64,000 nucleotides of DNA, taken from assembly GCA_044225845.1 (NCBI GenBank), contig JBGAIC010000011.1, positions 4,054-68,053 of the forward strand, in the 5' to 3' direction. The position numbers and the translations under genes are program-made. Below the pieces are notes generated by a model. It had not been told where the DNA came from. It saw only the letters and a list, made by a program, of their open reading frames with translations, and did no database searches. Origin of the DNA: Casimicrobiaceae bacterium. Its GTDB lineage: Bacteria; Pseudomonadota; Gammaproteobacteria; Burkholderiales; Casimicrobiaceae. Positions 10,515 to 20,860 of the stretch are shown here, piece by piece; positions within the stretch are counted from its first letter, which is position 1; the number at the start of each line of letters is the position of its first letter.

Positions 10515-11312
10515 TCAGCGCGGGGCAGCGGGCACGGGCGGGTGCCCGAGCTGCTCGAGCACGTTGAGGATCGCCTCCGGGTGCACCATGATCGGCCCGC
10601 GGAAGGGCTTGTCGATCGCCACGATCACCAGCAGGCCGGAAAAGATCAGGAATGCGAGCGCGCCGGTCATCAGCCTCTGCGCGGGCAGGTTCTCGGTGCC
10701 GAAGAAATACGTGAAGCCGACGGTGATGATCGCGCCGGCGACCAGCACTGCCCACAGGAGCGGCGGTACGATGCCGATCGACTTCACGATGCGCGCCCGG
10801 CGCGCCTCCGTCAGCACGTTCAGCTCCTGCAGCGTGTCGTGCATCAGCATGGCGGCGCGCACGTCCGTCCCGTTGCCCGCCAGGACCGCCGCGTAGAGCT
10901 CGTCGAGCGCACGCGTCGTCTGCGGGCTGGCAGTGCCGTTTTCCATGGCAGGCCAGTCGTCGTTGACCGCCGATTCGAGGTAGGCGTTCAGCTTCTGCAC
11001 GACCACGGCGCGCGTCGCCGGCTCCATGCCGCCCGCCAGCCGGTAGAGCGTCGCCGCCGCGCCGGCTTCCTTCGCGACCTGGTCTTCCGCGCTGCTGAAG
11101 CTCTCCCACACGACGATCACCGCGAAGGCGAGCAGGACCGCGTACAGCACGCCGACCGCGGCGAACTTGAAGCTCGCCACCTCGTTGTTCGTCTGCAGCC
11201 GCTCGACGCCGAAGCGCGAGCGGACCACCGACGTGCCCCACATCGACAGCGCCGTGGGCACGATCAGCACGAGCAGGATCGACAACCACAGGGGCATCGA
11301 GCTGAGATCCAT
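10515..11312 (-). CDS. DUF4239-like membrane protein
   Basis: Four hydrophobic segments; GVLYAVLLAFAVIVVWE, ARRARI, IDKPFRG motifs. Confidence 0.8.
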   Translation of the reverse strand: MDLSSMPLWLSILLVLIVPTALSMWGTSVVRSRFGVERLQTNNEVASFKFAAVGVLYAVLLAFAVIVVWESFSSAEDQVAKEAGAAATLYRLAGGMEPATRAVVVQKLNAYLESAVNDDWPAMENGTASPQTTRALDELYAAVLAGNGTDVRAAMLMHDTLQELNVLTEARRARIVKSIGIVPPLLWAVLVAGAIITVGFTYFFGTENLPAQRLMTGALAFLIFSGLLVIVAIDKPFRGPIMVHPEAILNVLEQLGHPPVPAAPR

Positions 11313-11466
11313 GATCTGGGTTCAACCGGGACGGCGGCTCGATTTGGCCGCGGCGCTATGGTGCCGCAACTTGCATACCCGCTCAAGGCGTATCAATGGG
11401 CACGCAGGTGCTCGCACTGTCGCTTGCGCCGATGGCAGATGGGTTGCTGATGCGCGCGCGGCAGCC

Positions 11467-13008
11467 TCAGGCCGACGCCCGGCGCAGGCCGTGCATCACG
11501 TCCCGGAGCGCGGGGTATAGCGCGACGTATTGCGCGTAGCTGCCCGCGTAGCGGGATACGGCGCGTGCGTCGGGACGCGCACGCAGTGCCGTGTGTACCC
11601 AGATCGAAAACAGCGTTGCTTCATCGGCCATGCCGACGGCCAGCGCGGCCAGCATCGCCGCGCCCAAGGACGCTTCGACGTCGCCGGGGATCGTCAGCAC
11701 CGGGCGCCGCGTCACGTCGGCGATGATCTGCATCCACAGGTCGCTGCGGCTGGCGCCGCCGACGACGGTGATCGGTTCGTCCAGCGGCTGGCCCGCGCGC
11801 CCCGCGCAGGCGATGTTGTGTTCCAGCGCATACGTCACGCCTTCGAGCACCGCCCGGTACAGGTGGGCGCGCGAGTGATGGAGGTCGAGCCCGACGAAGG
11901 CGCCGCTGGCGTTGGCATCCCAGACCGGGCTGCGCTCGCCCATCAGGTAGGGGAGAAACACGATGCCGTCAGAGCCGGGCGCGACGGACGCGGCCCGTTC
12001 CTCGAGCAAATGGTGCGGGTCGATGCCGCGCTCGCGGCCTTCCGCCACTTCGGCCGCGCAGAAGTTCTCGCGGAACCACGTCACGGAGGCGCCTGCGGTG
12101 ATCGCGCCGCCGAACACGTACAGGTCGCGCAGGCCATTGAGGACGTGGGGCATGGCGATGAGGCCATCGCGCGCATCGACGTTGGGGCGTATCGTGCCCC
12201 AGCACATGCTGGTGCCGATCATCGCGACGTGATTGCCCGGGCGGCGCGCCCCGGCGGCCAGCGTGGCGACCGCCGCGTCGACACCGCCTGCCACGACGGG
12301 CGTTCCGATGGGCAGTCCCAGGCGCCGCGCACTCGCGCTGGTGAGCGGGGCGACGATGGCGCTCGATTCGACGAGCCGCGGCGGCATCATCGAGCGCGGT
12401 ATGCCGAGCGCATCCAGCATCGTGTGCGACCACGTGCGCGCGCGGATGTCGTAGACGCCACCGATGTTGCCGGCGGCGCTGTGGTCGACGGCCAGCTCGC
12501 CCGTCAGCTGCGCGATGATCCAGGCATTCGGCGGCACGAGATGCCGCGTCTGCGCCCACACGTCCGGCCGCTTCTCGCGCAGCCACAGCATCTTGGTGTA
12601 GCCGTAGTAACTGTCGACGCCGTTGCCGGTGACGGTGTACAGCGTATCGAGGTCGACGTGCTCGCGCACCCACGCCACTTCGTCCTGCGCGCGACGATCC
12701 ATCCAGATGAGGCAGGGATGCAGCGGCGTGCCGGCCGCGTCGACGGGGATGCCGGAGCCGCCATACAGCGAGCTGATGCAGAGCGCCTGCACGGTGGCTG
12801 CGGCGGCGGGGTGGAGGTCCGTCACTTCGCGGATACACGCAGCCACGGCGTCGAGCCACACCTGCGGCCACTGCTCCGCCCACAGCGGTTGCGGCTGGTC
12901 CACCTGATACGCATGGGACGCCTGCGCGACGAGCCGGCCGCGTTCGTCCATCAGGACCGCCTTGGTGCTTTGCGTGCCGACGTCGACGCCGATGACGTGC
13001 CGCATCAT
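11467..13008 (-). CDS. FGGY-family carbohydrate kinase
   Basis: IGVDVGTQSTK, IWMDRRA, FLPYLMGERSPVWD, RAVLEGV, VGGASRS. Confidence 0.92.
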   Translation of the reverse strand: MMRHVIGVDVGTQSTKAVLMDERGRLVAQASHAYQVDQPQPLWAEQWPQVWLDAVAACIREVTDLHPAAAATVQALCISSLYGGSGIPVDAAGTPLHPCLIWMDRRAQDEVAWVREHVDLDTLYTVTGNGVDSYYGYTKMLWLREKRPDVWAQTRHLVPPNAWIIAQLTGELAVDHSAAGNIGGVYDIRARTWSHTMLDALGIPRSMMPPRLVESSAIVAPLTSASARRLGLPIGTPVVAGGVDAAVATLAAGARRPGNHVAMIGTSMCWGTIRPNVDARDGLIAMPHVLNGLRDLYVFGGAITAGASVTWFRENFCAAEVAEGRERGIDPHHLLEERAASVAPGSDGIVFLPYLMGERSPVWDANASGAFVGLDLHHSRAHLYRAVLEGVTYALEHNIACAGRAGQPLDEPITVVGGASRSDLWMQIIADVTRRPVLTIPGDVEASLGAAMLAALAVGMADEATLFSIWVHTALRARPDARAVSRYAGSYAQYVALYPALRDVMHGLRRASA

Positions 13009-13790
13009 CCATGGCTCCCGTCGGCGGTGACGCCGAGGCATTCCAGCGTCTCCGCCAGCTTGTGCGCGTACTCGACGCTGGCGCGATTGCGTTCGGATGC
13101 CGTCACCGGGATGATGCGCACGACTGTGGCCGGACGCTGGCTCATCACGACGATCACGTCGCCGAGCGCGATCGCCTCCGGCACGTCATGCGTGACGAAC
13201 ATCACGGTGGGCCGATGCCGGCGCAACAGAGCCTGCAGTTCCTGCTGCAGCTTGAGGCGCGTGAACGCGTCGACGGCGGCGAACGGCTCGTCGAGCAGCA
13301 GGAGGCGAGGGCGCAACGCGAGCGCGCGCGCGATGCCCACGCGCTGCGCCATGCCGCCGGAAAGCTGGTTCGGATAGGCGTCCTTGAAGTCGTGCAGCCC
13401 GACGAGATCGAGGAACTCGTCGGCCGTGGCGTTGGCGGTGGCGCGCGTCGCGCCGCGCGTGCGCAAGCCCACCGCGATGTTCTGGCGCGCGGTCATCCAC
13501 GGGAACAGCCCCGGCTGCTGGAAGGCCATGCCGATGTGCTGGTTCGCCCCGACGCTGACCGGCTGGCCGTCCCAGCGGACCGTGCCGCGCGTCGGCCGCA
13601 TCAGGCCCGCGGCCAGGCTCAACAGCGTGCTCTTGCCGCAACCCGACGGCCCGACGACGCAGGCCACGGTGCCCGCGGGAATCGCGAACGACACATCGTC
13701 GAGGACCGGCGTAGCGCGTCCGGCCGCCGCGTACGCGTGGCTGATGCCGGCGAAGGCGAGTGCGCCGCCGCGGAGGTCGGTGTCGCTCAT
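13005..13790 (-). CDS. NitT/TauT-type ABC transporter ATP-binding protein
   Basis: GPSGCGKS, LSGGMAQR, LLDEPF, VTHD. Confidence 0.93.
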   Translation of the reverse strand: MSDTDLRGGALAFAGISHAYAAAGRATPVLDDVSFAIPAGTVACVVGPSGCGKSTLLSLAAGLMRPTRGTVRWDGQPVSVGANQHIGMAFQQPGLFPWMTARQNIAVGLRTRGATRATANATADEFLDLVGLHDFKDAYPNQLSGGMAQRVGIARALALRPRLLLLDEPFAAVDAFTRLKLQQELQALLRRHRPTVMFVTHDVPEAIALGDVIVVMSQRPATVVRIIPVTASERNRASVEYAHKLAETLECLGVTADGSHG

Positions 13791-14542
13791 CGATAATCCA
13801 GTCGGGTGCGCGCGATCCAGCCCACCAGCGCGCTGACGGCGGCGCCGATGAGGCCGATGACGAGCATGCCGGCCATCACCGCGGGCGTGGTCAGCGACGA
13901 GGCAGCGTTGGTGATCATCAGGCCCAGGCCCTTGCTCGCGCCGATGTACTCGGCCGCAACCACCGCGATCCAGCCGACGGCGGCCGCGGCGCGCGCGGCG
14001 CTCGCGATCGTCGGCGCGGCCGCGCGGAGGTGCACGGTCCATGCGAGTTGCCACGGGCCCATGCCCATCACGCGGCCCACGCGCGTCAGCACCGGGTCGA
14101 CCCGCACGATCGCGCGCGCCGTCGACACGACCATGACGAAGAAGACCGCATAGGCGACGAGCGCGATCTTGCCGACGACGCTGGTGCCGAACCACAGGAT
14201 GGTGAGCGGGATCCACGCGAAGGGCACGACGAAGCGCAGCGACTCGACGACGGGCGTGGCGGCCGCGCGGAACGCGCGCCATTCACCCATCAGCAGGCCC
14301 ACGGCGACGCCGGCCACGACACCGATGCCGTATCCTGCGGCGAACTCCTGGAGGCTCACGCCGACGTCGCGCCAGAACGCGGCCGTCGTCACGAGCGTGC
14401 CCAGCGTCGTCAGCACCGTCCACGGCGGCGGCAGCACCACCGGCGGCATCGCGTAAACGGTCACTGTGAGCTGCCACAGCGCGAGCACGATGGCGACGCC
14501 CAGCAGCGCAAGGCCAACGGTACGCAGCCGGCCCGCCTTCAT
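13787..14542 (-). CDS. NitT/TauT-type ABC transporter permease
   Basis: TM helices; WIAVVAAEYIGASKGLG; translationally coupled. Confidence 0.88.
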   Translation of the reverse strand: MKAGRLRTVGLALLGVAIVLALWQLTVTVYAMPPVVLPPPWTVLTTLGTLVTTAAFWRDVGVSLQEFAAGYGIGVVAGVAVGLLMGEWRAFRAAATPVVESLRFVVPFAWIPLTILWFGTSVVGKIALVAYAVFFVMVVSTARAIVRVDPVLTRVGRVMGMGPWQLAWTVHLRAAAPTIASAARAAAAVGWIAVVAAEYIGASKGLGLMITNAASSLTTPAVMAGMLVIGLIGAAVSALVGWIARTRLDYR

Positions 14543-15363
14543 CGCGCGTCCTCCGTGCGCGGCACCCACGGCGTGAGCTTGCGTTCCGCGAGCGTGAACA
14601 GCGCGTTCATCGTGTAGCCGGCGATGCCGAAGCAGGCCATCGCCGCCATTACCGCCGGCACGTTGTAGCTCTGCTGCACGGCGATCAGGTGCGAGCCCAT
14701 TCCCGAGTCGGCGGCTACGAGCTCCGCCACGATCACCGTGCCCCAGCCGGCCATCAGCGCGACGCGCGACCCGATCAGCACTTCGGTGAGCGTGCCGGGC
14801 ACGACCACCTGGAAGAACCGCGATGCGCCGCGCATACCCAACATCGTCGCGGTGCGGTCGATTTCCGGTGGAATGCGGCGCGCGCCGTCGACGGCATAGA
14901 CGATGACGACCAGGAACACCGCGAGCGCGACGAGGAACACCTTGCCCGACAGGCCGAAGCCGAACCACACGACGGACAACGGCACCCATGCGATGCTGGA
15001 CACAGGACGGATCGCCTCGACGATCGGCAGGAAAATCTCGCCGAGCGCCTTGACGCGGCCGAGCACCAGTCCAATCAACGTGGCGAGTACCGTGCCGAGC
15101 AGCCAGCCCAGCGCGAACACGCGCAGGCTGGCCAGCAGGTCCTGCACGAGATCGCCGCGCGCGTACGCGACGATCTCGCTCATCACGCGCCACGGCGGCG
15201 GCAGCCGGTTGATCGCGCCGCCGCCGGTGGCGAGCCAGCGCGACAGCAGCGTCCACGCCAACAGCGCGACGATCACGCCGCCGACGCCGAGCAGCCAGCC
15301 CGGCGCGTGGCGCGACGATGCCGCGGACGCGCGAGGTTCCGCCGAGGTGCGGGTCACGACCAC
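14539..15363 (-). CDS. NitT/TauT-type ABC transporter permease
   Basis: IRPVSSIAWVPL, WGTVIVAELVAADSGMG. Confidence 0.88.
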   Translation of the reverse strand: MVVTRTSAEPRASAASSRHAPGWLLGVGGVIVALLAWTLLSRWLATGGGAINRLPPPWRVMSEIVAYARGDLVQDLLASLRVFALGWLLGTVLATLIGLVLGRVKALGEIFLPIVEAIRPVSSIAWVPLSVVWFGFGLSGKVFLVALAVFLVVIVYAVDGARRIPPEIDRTATMLGMRGASRFFQVVVPGTLTEVLIGSRVALMAGWGTVIVAELVAADSGMGSHLIAVQQSYNVPAVMAAMACFGIAGYTMNALFTLAERKLTPWVPRTEDAR

Positions 15364-15370
15364 GGAAGGC

Positions 15371-16375
15371 TCAGCGCTTCTGCAGCACTTCCGTCGCCAG
15401 CTGCGTGTTGTTGAACTTGCGCGCGTACGTCGGCAGGTCCACGCCGGCGGGCGCGAAGCCCAACTCCTGCGCCACCGCCTGCGTGGCCGCGATGCCTTCG
15501 ACGTCGGGCACGTAGGTCGGCGCGACCCCGATCAGCTTGTTCTCGAACGAGTAGCGCACCGCGGCTTCGTCCACCTTGGCGAAATCGGCCATCTGCTTGT
15601 ACGCATCGTCCGGCTTGGCCTTGATGTAGTCGGTGGCGGCGAACTGCGCGCGCAGCACGTCCTTCACCGCTTCCGGATTCGCCTTGAGGAATGCGTTGCT
15701 GACGACGAAGCCGTCGCCGGGCGCGGGGCGACCAATCGCATCCGAGCCGGTGAACAGCACGCGGCCGATCTTCTTCAGCACCATGTCGGCGACGTAGGGC
15801 ACGTAGCCCGCGACCACTTCGGCGCCGCCCGAATCCAGCACGCCCACCATGCCTGGGCCCGTGCCCGCGACGAAGTACTCGTTGTTCATCGGGTCCACGC
15901 CGGCCTTCTTCAGCATGATCTGGAAGAAGAGCGTCGACGCGGTCTTCGGGCCGGACACGACGACCTTCTTGCCCTGGATGTCCTTGGCGCTCTTGATCGA
16001 GCTCTTCTCGGCGACGACCGTCACGTTGGCGTTGATGAACGACTGGCCGATGAACTGAGCCGCATCCGGCGATTGCGAGAAGATCACGACGGCCGCGATG
16101 CTGTTGCCCCACGCGATGTCCAGCTTGCCGGCGGCGATGGCGCTTGCCGCGCCCGGCAGGCCCGTGTTGAGCGCCACCCAGTTGACCGTGTAGCCCTTGT
16201 CCTCGAGCAGGTGCTGCGCGCGCATGATCGGCACCGGCGAGACCACCGGGAAGTAGCCGATGTTGATCGTGATGCCCTTGCCCGGCGGATCCGCTGCCAG
16301 TGCCGTCCCGGTGACGCTCGCCGCCAGCAACGCGGCGGAGACGGTGGTGAGTAACGTACGGCGTGTGCGTTGCAT
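15371..16375 (-). CDS. SsuA/TauA-like ABC transporter substrate-binding protein
   Basis: AGGAGGAG RBS, signal peptide, IKSAKDIQGKK motif. Confidence 0.85.
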   Translation of the reverse strand: MQRTRRTLLTTVSAALLAASVTGTALAADPPGKGITINIGYFPVVSPVPIMRAQHLLEDKGYTVNWVALNTGLPGAASAIAAGKLDIAWGNSIAAVVIFSQSPDAAQFIGQSFINANVTVVAEKSSIKSAKDIQGKKVVVSGPKTASTLFFQIMLKKAGVDPMNNEYFVAGTGPGMVGVLDSGGAEVVAGYVPYVADMVLKKIGRVLFTGSDAIGRPAPGDGFVVSNAFLKANPEAVKDVLRAQFAATDYIKAKPDDAYKQMADFAKVDEAAVRYSFENKLIGVAPTYVPDVEGIAATQAVAQELGFAPAGVDLPTYARKFNNTQLATEVLQKR

Positions 16376-16416
16376 GGTGGCTCCTCCTCGGTTGAACGAC
16401 GGTCCGCGGCTCGCGC

Positions 16417-17508
16417 TCAAGGCGCGGGCTTCATCAGGACCTTGATGGAATCGAGCGAATCGGCGAGCTTGATCGCCGCGTCCCAGTCTTCGAGTGCGTA
16501 GTCGTGCGTGACGATGCCGTTGGACGTGACCAGGCCGCGCGCGAGCAGGTCGATGGCGATCGGATAGCAGTAGGGGCCCAGGTGCGCGCCGCGCACGTCC
16601 AGCTCCTTGCGGTCGCCGATGATCGACCAGTCGACCGCCGTGTCCTTGCCGAACACGGAGAACTCGACGAAGCGACCCAGCTTGCGGATGAGGTCGAGAC
16701 CCTGCGTGACGCCGGGCGGAGCGCCGGTGGCTTCGATGTACACGTCGCAGCCGTAGCCGTCCGTGAGCCCCGCGATGATGCCCTTGGCGTCGTCCGTGGT
16801 GGGGTTGATGACGATGTCGGCCCCGTAGCGCTTCGCGAGCGCCAGCCGCTCCGGCACCAGGTCGATCACGACCAGCTTCTTCGGTGTCTTGAGGTGCGCA
16901 ACCTGGACCATCATCAGTCCGATCGGACCTGCGCCGGCGATGACGACGACGTCCGCGAGCTGGATGTCGCCGCGCTGCACGGCATGGATCGCGCAGGCCA
17001 GCGGCTCGATGATCGCCGCATCCTCGAGCTTCAGCGTCTGCGGGATTTTGTGCACGCGCGCCGTCGGCGGGATGCGCATGTACTGCGCCATGCCACCGTC
17101 GGCCACTTCGCGCTGGAAGCCGAAGATGTTGTGCACCTCGCACATCCAGTACTGGCCTGCGCGGCAGTAGCGGCACTGGTCGCAAGGCACGATCTGCTCG
17201 GCGATCACGCGGTCGCCCAGCTTCACGCCGAAGTGCTCGGCTGCGCCTTCGCCCAACGCGTCCACATACCCGAAGAATTCGTGGCCCGGCACTACGGGTG
17301 CCTTGACCCACGGCGCCGCGCCGTTGGCGCCCCAGAACATCTTGGCGCCGGACCAGCACTTGCAGTCGCTGGCGCAGATGCCGCAGGCCGCGATGCGCAG
17401 CGTCATTTCGCGGGCACGTGGCACCGGGCGGGCGATCTGCTCGACGCGATAGTCGTTGGGGCCGTGGCACACGATGGCGGTCATGTGGGACGCGGTGCTT
17501 GTGCTCAT
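16417..17508 (-). CDS. Zn-dependent polyol dehydrogenase (erythritol/L-threitol or sorbitol dehydrogenase-like)
   Basis: CGICASD, GHEF, structural Zn motif CDQCRYC...C, GAGPIG. Confidence 0.88.
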   Translation of the reverse strand: MSTSTASHMTAIVCHGPNDYRVEQIARPVPRAREMTLRIAACGICASDCKCWSGAKMFWGANGAAPWVKAPVVPGHEFFGYVDALGEGAAEHFGVKLGDRVIAEQIVPCDQCRYCRAGQYWMCEVHNIFGFQREVADGGMAQYMRIPPTARVHKIPQTLKLEDAAIIEPLACAIHAVQRGDIQLADVVVIAGAGPIGLMMVQVAHLKTPKKLVVIDLVPERLALAKRYGADIVINPTTDDAKGIIAGLTDGYGCDVYIEATGAPPGVTQGLDLIRKLGRFVEFSVFGKDTAVDWSIIGDRKELDVRGAHLGPYCYPIAIDLLARGLVTSNGIVTHDYALEDWDAAIKLADSLDSIKVLMKPAP

Positions 17509-17545
17509 GGCGTGCTTTCGTTCGATGACGTGGTGTGGCGCACGG

Positions 17546-19003
17546 TCAGGACGGCGACTTCACGAGCCACAGGTCCCAATCGGTGCTCTGCGTGTGATCG
17601 GCGGCAAAGGCCGGCCTGGCGGGCGCCACTTCGGCACGGTTCACCTGGCCGCAGCCCGTGACGCCCTTGTCGCGCCCATCGCGTGCGGGGTCCACGTACT
17701 GCTGGAACCACGCGTCGAGCCGCTTGCGCATCGATGCCACCAGGCTCGCCTGCGCGGGATCGTCGATGCGGTTCACGCGTTCTCCGGGATCACGTACCAG
17801 GTCGAACAGCTCGTGCGGCCCGTCGGGAAAGCGATGCACGTATTTCCATTCCTTCGTGCGCAACATGCGTACCGGGCCGTATTCGTCGTACACGACCACC
17901 TGCGCGTCGCCTGCGGTGTGCTTGCCCTGCAGGACGGCGTCGAAGCTGCGGCCCGGTTGCGCGCGCGTCGCGCCGTGGTCGAGGTGCAGGTAGTCCACCA
18001 GCGTAGGGAAGATGTCGTAACCGGAGAGCAGGCTGTCGTCGACGACGCCCGCGGGGATGCGCCCCGGCTGCGCCATGATGCAGGGCACTTTGATCGACGT
18101 GTCGTACATGTTCTGCGGGAACGTGCCGTTGCCCTTGCCCCAGATGCCGTGGTGGCCGCAGTTCATGCCGTTGTCGCTGACGAACACGACCAGCGTGCTC
18201 TGCGTCAGGCCCGCGCGATCGAGGGTGTCCAGCACGCGGCCGATGGCGGCGTCCATCGCGCTTACCGCCGCGAAGTAGCCGATCAGGCTTTCCCGCCGCT
18301 CGGCCTTGCCGCGTTCCACTTGCGCGTTGCCCCCAATGAACCACGGATGCGGCGGTTCCTCCGGGCAGCTCTCGAACTTGCAATCCGCATACAGGTCCGT
18401 GAACGCCTGCGGGTGGCTGTCGATCCACGGGTAGTGGGGTGCCGTGAAGTGCAGGTTGAGCGAGAAGGGCGCGTCGTTGCCGGCCTCGCCTTCGATGAAC
18501 GTGCTCGCCGTGTCCGCCAGCACGTCCGTGATGTAGCCGTCCGCGACGAAGGGCTGCGTCTCGTCGACCATCGGCGCCGCGTAGTAGGGGCCCATGCCGA
18601 ACTGGTGCGCATACCATTTGACGAAGGCCGGGCGCGGCACGTCGCTGGCACCCAGGTGCCATTTGCCGACCAGCGCGCAGCGATAGCCGGCCGCCGCCAT
18701 CAGGTCCTGGACCAGCGTCTGGCCCGCAAGATAGTCGATGCGGGTGTCGCCCATGCTGCCGACACGGATCCAGTCGTGCACGCCATGCCGCGATGGGATG
18801 TCGCCCGTGAACATCGACGCGCGTGCCGGCGAACACACCGGCGACACGCAGAAGAAGTTGGAGAAGCGCACGCCGCGCGCCGCCAGCCGGTCCAGCACCG
18901 GCGTCTTCATCTCCGGATTCCCGGCACAGCCGAGGGCCCACGGTCCCTGGTCGTCGCTGACGATGAACAGCACGTTGGGGCGTGCGGGGTCCTTGCTGGC
19001 CAT
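17546..19003 (-). CDS. Cytoplasmic Cys-type (formylglycine) sulfatase
   Basis: PNVLFIVSDDQG, CSPARAS, GKWHLG, SDNG; no signal peptide; ATG at 19003 with GGAGG RBS. Confidence 0.92.
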   Translation of the reverse strand: MASKDPARPNVLFIVSDDQGPWALGCAGNPEMKTPVLDRLAARGVRFSNFFCVSPVCSPARASMFTGDIPSRHGVHDWIRVGSMGDTRIDYLAGQTLVQDLMAAAGYRCALVGKWHLGASDVPRPAFVKWYAHQFGMGPYYAAPMVDETQPFVADGYITDVLADTASTFIEGEAGNDAPFSLNLHFTAPHYPWIDSHPQAFTDLYADCKFESCPEEPPHPWFIGGNAQVERGKAERRESLIGYFAAVSAMDAAIGRVLDTLDRAGLTQSTLVVFVSDNGMNCGHHGIWGKGNGTFPQNMYDTSIKVPCIMAQPGRIPAGVVDDSLLSGYDIFPTLVDYLHLDHGATRAQPGRSFDAVLQGKHTAGDAQVVVYDEYGPVRMLRTKEWKYVHRFPDGPHELFDLVRDPGERVNRIDDPAQASLVASMRKRLDAWFQQYVDPARDGRDKGVTGCGQVNRAEVAPARPAFAADHTQSTDWDLWLVKSPS

Positions 19004-19064
19004 TGCGGCTCCTCCGGTTGCGTCGATCGCAGTTCGGCGCGCGCCGCCCGCGATTTTCATTGTT

Positions 19065-19084
19065 TTGCACAATCGATTGTGCAA
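19065..19084. promoter_or_regulatory. Probable LacI-family operator
   Basis: Perfect 20-bp palindrome TTGCACAATCGATTGTGCAA with central CG, between the divergent LacI and sulfatase genes. Confidence 0.8.
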
Positions 19085-19156
19085 GAATCGTTGCGATTGT
19101 GCCACTTGCCATTGCCGCGCGCAACCGTGTGCGGCAATGGCGCGACGCGACAGCCC

Positions 19157-20170
19157 ATGCCCAAACGCGTATCGACGATCTACGACCTGGCCGAACTGGC
19201 GGGCGTGTCCGCGTCGACGGTCAGTGCCGCGCTCGGCGGCAAGGGCAAGCAGCGGCGGATCGCGGAAGCGACGGTCCTGCACGTGCAACAACTGGCTGAA
19301 GCGCACAAGTTCACGCTGAATCGCCAGGCCAGCGGGTTGCGCCGCAGCCGCTCGGGTCTCATCGGCATGATCGTCCCGATGCACGACAACCGCTTCTTCA
19401 GCGAGATGTCGCGCGCGTTCGAGCGGCTGGCGCGCGAACGGCATTGGTACCCGATCGTCGTCAGCACGCTGCGCGATCCCGCGCTCGAACTGGAGACGGT
19501 CAACACACTGCTCTCGTACCGGATCGAGCAGTTGATCGTGACCGGCGCCACCGATCCCGACTCCGTCAGCCGCGCATGCCGCGCCCACGGTGTCGCCCAT
19601 GTCAACGTCGACTTGCCGGGCACCGCGGCCACGTCGGTGGTCAGCGACAACTACTGGGGTGCGCAGCAACTGACGCGCGCGCTGATCCGGCAATCGAGGC
19701 CGCTGAGGCGGCGTGCCCGCAACGCGCCGTACTTTCTCGGCGGCCTGGCCTCCGACTACGCAACCCAGCGGCGCGCGCTCGGCTTCGCCGATACCGTTAC
19801 CGCCGAGCTGGGGGACCTTCGCGCGGAGCAGGTCAATGCGTGCGGCTACGACGGCGACCTGGCCGAAGCGGCCGTGCGTGCGCTCTACGAGCGGCTCGAG
19901 GGCCTGCCGCGCGCGCTGCTCGTCAACTCGACGATCGCGCTCGAGGGCGTCGTGCGTTTCCTGAAGACGCTGCCCGCTGCCGAGATGGACGCGTGTACCG
20001 TTGGCTGCTACGACTGGGATCCGTTTGCCGCGGCGCTGAGCTTTCCCGTGCTGATGGTCCGGCAGGACGTCGACGGGCTGTTGGGGCGCGCGTTCGAGGT
20101 GGTGGACAGCGGGCGCCACGCCGACCGCGAACTCATCGAGATCAAGCCTGAGCTGATGTTCGCGGCATAG
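19157..20170 (+). CDS. LacI family transcriptional regulator
   Basis: TIYDLAELAGVSASTVSAAL HTH, NRQASGLR hinge. Confidence 0.93.
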   Translation: MPKRVSTIYDLAELAGVSASTVSAALGGKGKQRRIAEATVLHVQQLAEAHKFTLNRQASGLRRSRSGLIGMIVPMHDNRFFSEMSRAFERLARERHWYPIVVSTLRDPALELETVNTLLSYRIEQLIVTGATDPDSVSRACRAHGVAHVNVDLPGTAATSVVSDNYWGAQQLTRALIRQSRPLRRRARNAPYFLGGLASDYATQRRALGFADTVTAELGDLRAEQVNACGYDGDLAEAAVRALYERLEGLPRALLVNSTIALEGVVRFLKTLPAAEMDACTVGCYDWDPFAAALSFPVLMVRQDVDGLLGRAFEVVDSGRHADRELIEIKPELMFAA

Positions 20171-20305
20171 AGCGAGCCGCTGCGTGACGGAAGCAGTCGC
20201 GCAGCATGATTCGGTTGGCCGCAACGTTCGTCGCAAGATTCCGTATGATGGTCGACGCGTTTTCGGCGGAGCGAAATCGGTGGCGACTTGGCGCACCGTT
20301 TAGCC

Positions 20306-20860
20306 ATGGCACTCAAGTCCACGATATTCAAAGCCGACCTGTCCGTCGCCGACATCGGCCGCGGCTACTACCGCGACCATGCGGTCACGATCGCGAGGCA
20401 TCCTTCCGAGACGGACGAGCGGATGATGGTCCGCTTGCTGGCGTTCGCGCTGCACGCGGACGATGCCCTGGCGTTCGGCCGCGGCTTGAGCGCCGAGGAC
20501 GAGCCGGACCTGTGGCGACGCGACCTGACAGGCGTCATCGAGGCGTGGATCGAGGTAGGGCTGCCGGACGAACGGGAAGTGCGCAAGGCTTGCGGTCGCG
20601 CGCGTGAGGTCGACGTGCTGGCGTATGGCGGACGTGCCGTCGACCTGTGGTGGCGGAACGCGCGCGACAAGCTGGAACGCCAGGAGCGGCTGACGGTGAC
20701 CGAAGTGCCGCTCGAAGCGAGCCAGGCGCTGGCGCAACTGGCCAACCGCTCCATGCGGTTGCAGTTCACGATCGAGGACGGGCACGTCCTGGTGGCGGAC
20801 GGCGCGACGTCCGTCGCGTTGGAGCTGCAGGTTCTCAAGGCAGCGCCGGCCGGCCGCTGA
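20306..20860 (+). CDS. yaeQ: YaeQ family protein
   Basis: MALKSTIFKA, ARHPSETDERMMVRLLAF, DEPDLW, WIEVGLPDE. Confidence 0.93.
   Translation: MALKSTIFKADLSVADIGRGYYRDHAVTIARHPSETDERMMVRLLAFALHADDALAFGRGLSAEDEPDLWRRDLTGVIEAWIEVGLPDEREVRKACGRAREVDVLAYGGRAVDLWWRNARDKLERQERLTVTEVPLEASQALAQLANRSMRLQFTIEDGHVLVADGATSVALELQVLKAAPAGR

Noticed and set aside
17456-20296. Apparent overlapping 904-aa and 916-aa ORFs suggesting a sulfatase-LacI fusion
   Set aside because: Two divergent genes with their own starts (19003 and 19157) and an operator between them; the extensions are shadows.
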